From Eledone cirrhosa (Eukaryota): a stretch of DNA of 64,000 nt. The notes under the pieces were generated by a model. That model did not search any database, was not told the origin of the DNA, and saw nothing but the letters and a program-made list of their open reading frames with translations. The stretch is from positions 13,020,001-13,084,000 of the forward strand of contig OZ024747.1 of assembly GCA_964016885.1 (NCBI GenBank). Reading direction: 5' to 3'. Shown piece after piece: positions 55,720 to 64,000 of the stretch. The first letter of the stretch is position 1. Each line of letters begins with the position of its first letter. The position numbers and the translations under genes are program-made.

Positions 55720-55895
55720 CAAGTAAAATTCCATTATAACGAATACCATTATTACGAATTTTCCAGTATAAGAAAATTTGTTCAATCCCCTGTCACATGC
55801 TCGATGTGTTTCAGTTGATTTCATTATAAAGAATTTTTTGTTACAACAAATTTTTAATTATACATTGTGAATTTCGTTATAACGGAATTTCACTG
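55720..55895. mobile_element. Tc1/mariner(pogo)-type MITE
   Basis: TA on both sides. TIRs CAAGTAAAATTCCATTATAACGAA / TTCGTTATAACGGAATTTCACTG, with internal TTATAACGAA-like subrepeats. Confidence 0.8.
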
Positions 55896-57595
55896 TATTA
55901 ACTTCATCTACTAATTATGCTGGGAAATATTTTTTCTAGTTGATACCTATAAATAAAAATGTGTCAAGATTAATATTTTTTATTACTCTTTTCATGAGAA
56001 AAATATTGATAACTATGGAAGAAATGATATTTTATTAAAAATTAACTTTGAAAATTTATGAAATATATATATATATAAAAATTTCAATAACTTGTGATAA
56101 ACAAAATATAATTAAACTAGCAAAATTGTTTTCTGAAAAAAATTCAGAAAGAACAGTTTCGGGCTAATTCACCATTTTTTTTATTAGACAAATACCTGAT
56201 AGCTTATCTGAAAACAAGCCACATCTATTTGTTCTGCTTTCTGAATTCCCCTGTAATAACCTTTTACATTCAACCAAAATATGTTACTATTGCTTATAAC
56301 ATGTTTCTTTACTTCACTATTGTCCTCTGCTAACTGCTCATTCACCTATTTCTTTAATCCTCTTTCAATCTTGTTTTTTTTATCATTGCTGCATGCATTG
56401 TTAAGCAGTATGTTCTCTGGTGTTGGAATTAATGAAAGATCTTGTTCTGTAATCCAAACCAATGTCTATTGCATAGAAGGAAAGGCAAGAGAATTGGAAA
56501 TTCTGTTATACAGACAATGTGTTTGTTTTGTACCAAAAAAAAAAAAAAAAAAAAGATTACTAGATACATATTTGTAATGGGAGTATGCAGAGTGAGTAAA
56601 TATATTTATGTGTGTAAGAATAGAATATCAATCCCATTCCATTGATATCAAAGAGTTTATATGCTACAGGGTCAAGTATGGTTTCTGAGTCATTATTTTA
56701 CTGGTTTATTGATTGATGAGGAAAAAAGAGTCATGTTACATCACCTGTGTGATAGGATATAATAAATTTTATCTCGCACTAGCTCAAATATACAAAATTG
56801 AATGGAGACACTGCATTGAGCAGCTGAGGGACTGTAGATTTGGAGAATACTATATTGCCTTATAATGTTGCTTTGAAAATCATTCCCTTTTAAAACATTG
56901 TTGGAGTCGAACTGTCAATTGCTGAGACATCCTAACAAATAGTAATGGAAAATATAAAAACGACAGCAAAATAAAATAATTTGAAATGTCATCAAACAGT
57001 TTTTTATATTCATACTTTTTTCCCACTCGTGTCTCTTTTTAAGACACCTTGTGAAGGTGCAATTTTGGACAGTTCTTGGGCTTTTGTGTTTGTTCAGACA
57101 ACATTTACAAAAATATGTTTGGAATGTCAGCTTTAGTTGGCTGAGACTTTTTCAATGGTGTTATTGTCTTTTTCTTTACATATATATAAAAAAAAACGTA
57201 GCAGCTGCTTTTCAGGCTTTTAATATTTTCATCAGTATCTAATATGTATTTATTGTGATTCTTGGTGATATGGTAATATTTTATAACAATTTGATTAAGG
57301 AACTTAAGAAGTCTGATGCAACTGGTTCAATAAAGTAAAGTTCCAGTCTAGGGTAGTGGATTGGCAAAAGTGTTTGAGTTGAATGAGATACCTTGAGGTA
57401 TTTGTTCTGGATTCCTGTGTTTTGAGTTCAAATCCTGCTGTGGTCAATCTGTGTAGTAGACTTAACCCATTGTCTAGTTTAACACTACTACCTATCTCTT
57501 GTTCATTCTGATGCAAACATTCAGAGTAGGTCTCTAGTTTGAAGATACTATGATGTATCTAGTCTGATGCTTTAACAATCCAGTGAATCCACTGT

Positions 57596-57850
57596 TAGAA
57601 TGGCCATGTGATCTTTATGGAAGATGATAGCTGTATAAAGAAATGTAGAGAAATCTTATTGGCTGGGACCCATCGAAGAGGCAGACCCAAGAAAACTTGG
57701 GATGTGGTACCTAAGAAGCTGAACCTCACAATGGAGATGACAAATGAGTGTGAGAATTGATGACATAGAGTACTGGGGAAAACCCATCTACCAGCATAAA
57801 ATGTGACCTTCCCCATCCCCACACACCCTCCACTAACACTCCCTAGTAGC
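57596..57850 (+). mobile_element. Degraded RTE C-terminal fragment
   Basis: GHVIFMEDDSCIKKCREILLAGTHRRGRPKKTWDVV. Confidence 0.75.
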
Positions 57851-58598
57851 CATCCTCATAACCATGCTTCCATTAGGTCCTTTACTTATTGCTTTTTGTC
57901 ATTGTTTTCATGCTAACAAGTGTTATTTAACCTAGCAAATGTTTGTGTTAAATAATGAGTTGTTGATCTTGTGTCTTTACTTTTGTTATTTATTCTATCA
58001 ATTATTCTGATGTCGATTAAGTGTAATGCTTATTAACAAGTAAATTGACAAAGGCAAATGGAATATTAATGTGTTTTGCCTAAGGTCCTTAGAAAATAGC
58101 AATGGCAAGACCTAATCTCATATTAGACAAGTAATTCACCAGCTTCTCTTCAGAGACTGGTTTGTGTTACTCAATCCAATACACATTGTTTCAATAAATA
58201 AGGTAACCATTTTCTTATAATTGATTTAAGCATTTCTTCTAAAACACTTAAAAAAATGTCAGACCAAACACATTCTTTAATTATAATTGCAAGAGATGAT
58301 TTGTTTATTTCCTGATAAAATTATTATTATAATTATCATTATCATTTTTCAGACAGACAAATTGGCAATCATGGTAAAATGTAGGACTAAGTGGTTCATT
58401 GTATTTAGTTTTATATCTCCACATTCTGATTTCAAATCCCTTTAAGGCTAAGAAAAAATAACAGTAGTCTACTGTGTTGGTTTTCACTAGATAAAAATTA
58501 CAATGAACCATTATTTTTAATTGAACCAAAAGCAAGAGGTAAATTCTTAGGGATCTGAGTTTGCCAACTGGTTTTTATCCCAATTAAAATTACTTGAG

Positions 58599-58720
58599 CA
58601 AGCATGGGCAACCTTTTTTGACCAGTGGCCACATAGAATGTGGCTCTTCATAAGGCGGGCCGCACTACTAAAAACATTCAAGGCAATTTTGAAATTAGGT
58701 GTGCAGTTTGCCCATGAATG
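58599..58720. mobile_element. Internally deleted relative of the 39.4-kb hAT MITE
   Basis: TIRs CAAGCATGGGCAACC / TTTGCCCATGAATG and shared GGCGGGCCGCA. TSD not preserved. Confidence 0.7.
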
Positions 58721-59518
58721 CTCTAAAGTATCCAAGAAAGGCATTAACATCACAGTTGCATTCCACTCTATAAGCTTTTAGCCCTTTCTGTAATAATTAG
58801 TTTTTAACTACCAATATCTCTCACTTATTTGCTTATATTTTCAAGATGAAAGAAATTAAACGGCTCTAAATTTTTAATCCTCATATAAACTTTATTTTTT
58901 CAACAGCCTGTTTATTCTGTTATTATCTAAGATTTTCATTCAGTATAAATATAGCTTCTTCTTCGTCATCGTTGTTATTTTATGTCTGCTTTTCAATGCT
59001 TGGACAGGTCTTCTCTGGCACAGCTTCCCTCCATTTGCTGTGTCCCTTTGTCATGCTCTCTGTGAGATTAAGTGATTTCAGATTAGCTCACAACTTCTGC
59101 TGCAATATTTTCTCAGTCTTCCTCTTCTGTAGCTTCCTTCCATTAGGCACCCTTAGCACTTGTTCAGCCAATGATCACCATCTTAACTGACATTAATGAG
59201 TTAGGATTTCCTATTAATAAAAGTGTGTATTATATTGACAGTTTAATATTACTTTATGCAAAATTCCTGTCAAATCAGCTCTCTAAAAGTTTATATAACA
59301 AATATCTATAAAATAAGCTTGCATATTTTGTCATACAAAAATAGTATTCCAAACTGAAATCCTATCAGAAATAAAAGACTATTTTTATTTTTACATTTCA
59401 TTTTTTTCTCTATAAACAAAATTGTAATATCCTGAAGGACAAGTGAATTAAAATTTTAATGAATATTTAGATTTCCTTTTCTATACAGGTAGTATATGTA
59501 CTGTTGTATTGCATTTAA

Positions 59519-59706
59519 CCCTTTAGCATTTAAACCGGCCATATCCGGCCAGAATTCTCTCACCTCTTTGTATTCAAACTGGCCACTCATACTGATGTTA
59601 AGGTATTGCTCTCAAAATAATATCAAAATCTCAGATTCAATATCATGTGAGGTAAAGCCTTTGCCATGAAAATATAATAGTAAATAATAATGTAAATGCT
59701 AAAGGG
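59519..59706. mobile_element. piggyBac-like MITE, family 1
   Basis: TTAA on both sides and perfect TIR CCCTTTAGCATTTA. Confidence 0.88.
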
Positions 59707-61020
59707 TTAAAGAGAGCAAAATGGGTACAAAACCAAGTTTATAGTTTAATAATTCTTTTATTTCAATTTTTTTTGTGAAAATAAAAACAACTAAAGCAAG
59801 TAACACAGATAACCAAGATAATATCTTAGTGTGCATATGTATAAATCATTAGATTGCAGCCATGTTGGAGCACTGCACATAGTATATAAATATAAACACA
59901 CAAACACTCACACACATACTCACAGTATAAACATATTCACACAAACACATATATACTTATGCACATACACTCACACCACAAGTGATATAACCACAAAAAC
60001 ATTCACACAATAATTATAGCCAATATGTGTAGCCAATTCACTACACATACTCACACAAGTGTCTTAGAATGCTGGTCGCTGTTTTCTATAGTTTGTCACC
60101 ACCCCTTCCTTCCTCAGTCATCTTCCTTTCAGTGTGTGATGGACGATATAAACAAATGCACATAGGATATTATTATAGTTGATTGTAAATGAGCATTTAG
60201 ATTGATGGTAGTTACTTTCATTTATATATCTTCAAAGTTCAAATCCTAGGAGGATACATATCTATGGTTGATTAAATAAGTACCAGAATTCTACTAGAGT
60301 TAAAGTAGCTTGAATGTGCTTCCAAAAACTATGAGAATTGAACTTGTGTAGACTGAAAAGAAGTCAGTATTTAGATTTTATTAATACTTTGTTTTTTCCT
60401 TAGAAATGAAACAATGAAGTTGAGACACTCAAAATATAAAAAAAAAAAATGTTATTGGATATTTACTCAAAATCACATCTTTAAATAAATATAACTGAAA
60501 AGTATATGCAAATGGCAATAGACATTTTTTAGCCAAAAAATATTCTATAAATATTTTTCCTTTTATTCACTAATTTAATTCTTTTTTTCTTTTTGTGTTA
60601 AAATCAATTTCTTATAACTGAGCTCAAAGCCTGTTTCTATAGAGAAATGCTATAATCAATTAAATTGAGTTCAATATATTCTATCAATCCTAGAGAGATG
60701 AAAGATAAAGTCAATACAGATGAGATTCTGATCAGAACAGAGATGGACAAAACTAAATACAGTTATGCTTATTTAGTTCAGTGCTTGGCTATTATTTAGC
60801 CATCTCAAGCACTCTATTCATTTTTTTGTTGCCTAAATAACATCCAAATTGAAAATAATGTTATTCTTAGATAAATAAATCTTAAATAAACTTGATATGG
60901 CAAACTATATAAATATTTGTTCTTTTAAGTAAACATCTGTGAAGTGAGAATATTTTTATTGTAATTCAAGACTAAGTGTCTTTAAAATTGTTTTTTTTTA
61001 TTTCTTAATCTACCAATCTC

Positions 61021-61058
<38 letters not shown>

Positions 61059-61324
61059 ATAATCAGGTTTACAATTTTTCATAGCCTTATACATTCTTCT
61101 TTTATCTTTCTATATATATATGAAATCTTTCAGAGTTAGCTCCACTGTGTTGTAAGCTTATCTATTTGTTCAATTATCTACCATGAGACAAGTTCATCTA
61201 GTCAACTTGTGCCATCTTTCATCTTAAATTCTATATTATTTAATTTATATAGCTCTCCCAAACATCTCGTTTTTTCTTTTATTTTCAGTTGATTTATATA
61301 TATATATTTAAAATGATATATAAA

Positions 61325-61660
61325 TGTAGCCATAGTTGTGTTGTTATGAAGTTGGCTTTATAACAATATAGATCTGGGTTCAATTCCACTGAAAGGCACA
61401 TTGGGCAAATGTCTTCTGCTGTAGTTTCTTGTTGACTAATGCCTTGTGAATGGAATTTTACCCTTAACCTCCTTTAGTGATTTAGTAGAAAATGTTTAAA
61501 AACAGTTTTGTTAATTTAGATTTAGCTATGTGATTAAGAAGTTGACTTCACTATCATGTTGTTTCAGGTCTGATCCCTCTACACAACACCTTGGGCATAT
61601 TTTTACTATGGCCTCAGACTAAGTGAATTTTGTAGACAGAAACTGTGTGGAAGCTTGTTG
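61325..61660 (+). mobile_element. Two diverged tandem tRNA-SINEs of a third family
   Basis: GGGTTCAATTCC box B, TTGGGCAA.TGTCTTC body, 3' GTAGACAGAAACTGTGTGGAAGC followed by (TG)n. Confidence 0.55.
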
Positions 61661-61662
61661 TA

Positions 61663-61714
<52 letters not shown>

Positions 61715-61754
61715 TCATCTGAAGTATGAACTTAATCTGTGACAACCCGTCTAA

Positions 61755-61920
61755 CCTTTGAATGTGAAATGTAAGTGTGAGAGAGAGGCAAAGTTTGGAC
61801 GAGTTGAAGAAGCTGGGTTTAAGAGGAGTTTGAGGTAGTGTGCAGGAGAGAAGACTGTGTTGTTTGGACATGTTGGGTGAAGAAGTTGAAGGAAGTCGTG
61901 GTAGAGGTAGACCAAGGTAC
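61755..61920 (+). mobile_element. Degraded RTE C-terminal fragment
   Basis: SVRERQSLDEL...VQERRL...GHV...VEGSRGRGRPR, with stops and indels. Confidence 0.65.
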
Positions 61921-62084
61921 AATTTATTTTTGCCAGCTGAGTAGATTGGTACAATGTGAAATAATGAATCTTAATGAAGGACAGAATGCACTGTCTGGAT
62001 CTTATGTTTGTGTGGTGAACACACTTACCACAAGAGCTGCATGCTTTCATTGATGTTGATGGTAATGATGATGGAAATAGCAAG

Positions 62085-62450
62085 TAGATGGTGGATGGGT
62101 GCTACATAAGAATGCTGAGGATGGCTCTGAACATTAATCAGTATACACTGAGGATGAAGAACTCAGAGCTGTATGGGAGGCTCCCAAAAGTCAGCTCAAA
62201 AGTGGCACAGAGGAGACTGAGATTAGCTGGACATGCTCACCGACATCCAGAGTTGACACTGCACTCAGTGCTCCCGTGGGAGCCCCTGCATGGACACACT
62301 GGAAGAGGAAAACTGAGGTTAACATATGTTGATGCCCTAAGGACACACTGGTCTCTTGGAGATGCAGGACATGGCAGTGATAATGAGGGACAGAGACTGC
62401 TGGAGAGAACTCATCCATGGATCTCGGGAATTTTACCCAGCCTAGATAGA
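62085..62450 (+). mobile_element. RTE-like LINE C-terminal fragment (family related to 820-1070)
   Basis: VDGCYIRMLRMALNI...NSELYGRLPKVS...RRLRLAGH...WEPLHG...RG...TYVDAL. Confidence 0.8.
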
Positions 62451-63179
62451 TAACAAATAGAATAACAAGGAGAATGAAACATATTTTGGTCAAAAATAGT
62501 CAGAACATTTATGTCAGATTATACTGCCAACATCTAACTGTTGCTAGCAGGGAAAATGGACACTAAATGATGATGATGGCAATGATTATACTTGTCAGTT
62601 TGCATTGCAGATGATATATGCAAGTCTAGTGACCATATGTGCTGGCAGATTTAGAAAATCACGCGACCTGAAGACAATAAATAAGTTCCATGTTTTGAGC
62701 TATAAAGTCAAGTTAATCAACATTGACTGAATCACATGAGACAAGAGAAGACTGATTAAAGATTTCATTAAAAATTTCAATTTTCAATTTCAAAACTATG
62801 TAAGACTGATAAGTTTAGGTTCCAGAAATAACTTTTAATTTAAACAGTCTGTTCAATAAATTCTGAGATTATTCACCATAAAATAAAGAGAAATCTAATC
62901 TAAACTAAAAGGATTTTTATATAGATGATACTTGTATAGCATAGACCTAATAAGTGAAATTCTATATGGTTATGGGATCTGTTAGTAATAGCAGCCAAGT
63001 ATCCCTCAAATCATGCCCTACTGTCTTAAAGAGGATACATTGGCTATTGTATTCTTAGATACACTATGTATGAATATAAGATATGTTCATAAGTTTGGCA
63101 AATCAGGGCCGTCTTGGTGCTAATCAAACTGTTGAAGTGAATAACATAATGAGTTATTATTGTCTACATGGTATGGAGA

Positions 63180-64000
63180 TCTAGACAAAGAAACTGAGAC
63201 AAGAACATAAGATCAAACACAGTCATATATATACTTAGGAATGAATGTACTAGACAGGGTTCAACACAGATGAAAGAAAAGAATAGAAAGGAATGCTATA
63301 GACAAATTTGATTACTACTTAATTCAGAACTAAATGCAAAGAATGAGGTAATAGGCATTGATACTCTACTAATCCCAGTAATAAGCTAAAGTTTTTATAT
63401 TCTGAAGGGCACACTAAAATAACTAGACAGGAAAATAAGAAAAATAATGCCTACATTGAGAATACACTACCCAAAATCATATGTATAAAGCTTACACCTA
63501 CTATGAACACAGATAGGAAGAAGCCTTATGCAACTAGAAAACTATTATAAAAAATACCACTGAAAGACTTCAAAAATATCTAATGAAGAATAATGGAAAG
63601 TTAATACAAATAGTCACGGAACATGAACAGAACCAAAAATTGTTTTCTGTCTTCAAGGAAGCCAACAAATTTAAAACAGAAGCTGAATCGACAGGTAATA
63701 ATGAAGAAAATGAAAACAAAGAAGAAACAACAGATTTTGTGAAAAAGTTAAAATCTAAATTGAAAACAGACTAGAATGCCATACTAAAATGATAGCAAGA
63801 AAAACACTGACATGGCCTATACTAAAACAAAAGATTAATAGAGAGGAAGTGGACAAGCAAAATGCACAAAAACTGGTTAAGAAGCTCGGCTCTAAAAGCC
63901 AAGATTGAAAGGTTTCTAATTGCTGCATAGAATCAAAGCTTTCCTGTTAGAAGTCACTGAAAGTACATAGCGAAGCCAACACAGTAAATAACTGTAGAGT
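63180..64000 (+). mobile_element. Degraded R4/Dong-like non-LTR retrotransposon fragment, running off the window end
   Basis: Across stops and frameshifts: SYIYLGM...MKEK...LLNSELNAKN.VIGIDTL.IPVIS; LDRKIRKIM...HYPKS; NWLRSSALKAKIERFLIAA*NQSFP. These resemble R4/Dong YKYLG, SELN..N, LDRK.RK and WL....LK..TE..I.AAQDQ motifs. Confidence 0.75.

Noticed and set aside
57198-57240. Minus-strand CTGATGA...GAAA
   Set aside because: No credible stem I or II, so compatible with chance.
63583-63774. Host gene exon
   Set aside because: Lies within the R4/Dong-like relic.

Overview
Repeat-dominated, very AT-rich animal genomic DNA with a 200-N gap at 30573-30772. The SINE/RTE repertoire and (TA)n/(CA)n load suggest an octopus (inference, not verified). 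It is probably mostly intron. Only one host exon is well supported: 54773-55630 (+), 858 bp, phase 1-1, Ser-rich, gene not recognised. Almost all other listed ORFs are microsatellite or TE artefacts. Mobile DNA includes a 2.2-kb dead RTE LINE with a PHD-like finger inside the RT region, many RTE 3' ends, R4/Dong-like and CRE-like LINE relics, a Penelope-like (PLE) RT fragment missed by the ORF track, a hAT transposase relic, hAT/piggyBac/Tc1-type MITEs and over 20 tRNA-SINEs. The most notable signal is a set of type-I hammerhead ribozyme motifs: three with a full predicted fold (24742-24792 -, 44194-44236 -, 51152-51187 +) plus several decayed ones. They lie in small elements next to (TA)n/(CA)n tracts. 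Two sit at inverted-repeat junctions and share a non-canonical U.U at the base of stem II, which suggests a PLE/retrozyme-like non-autonomous system. All folds were done by eye, nothing was searched against databases, and repeat boundaries are approximate.
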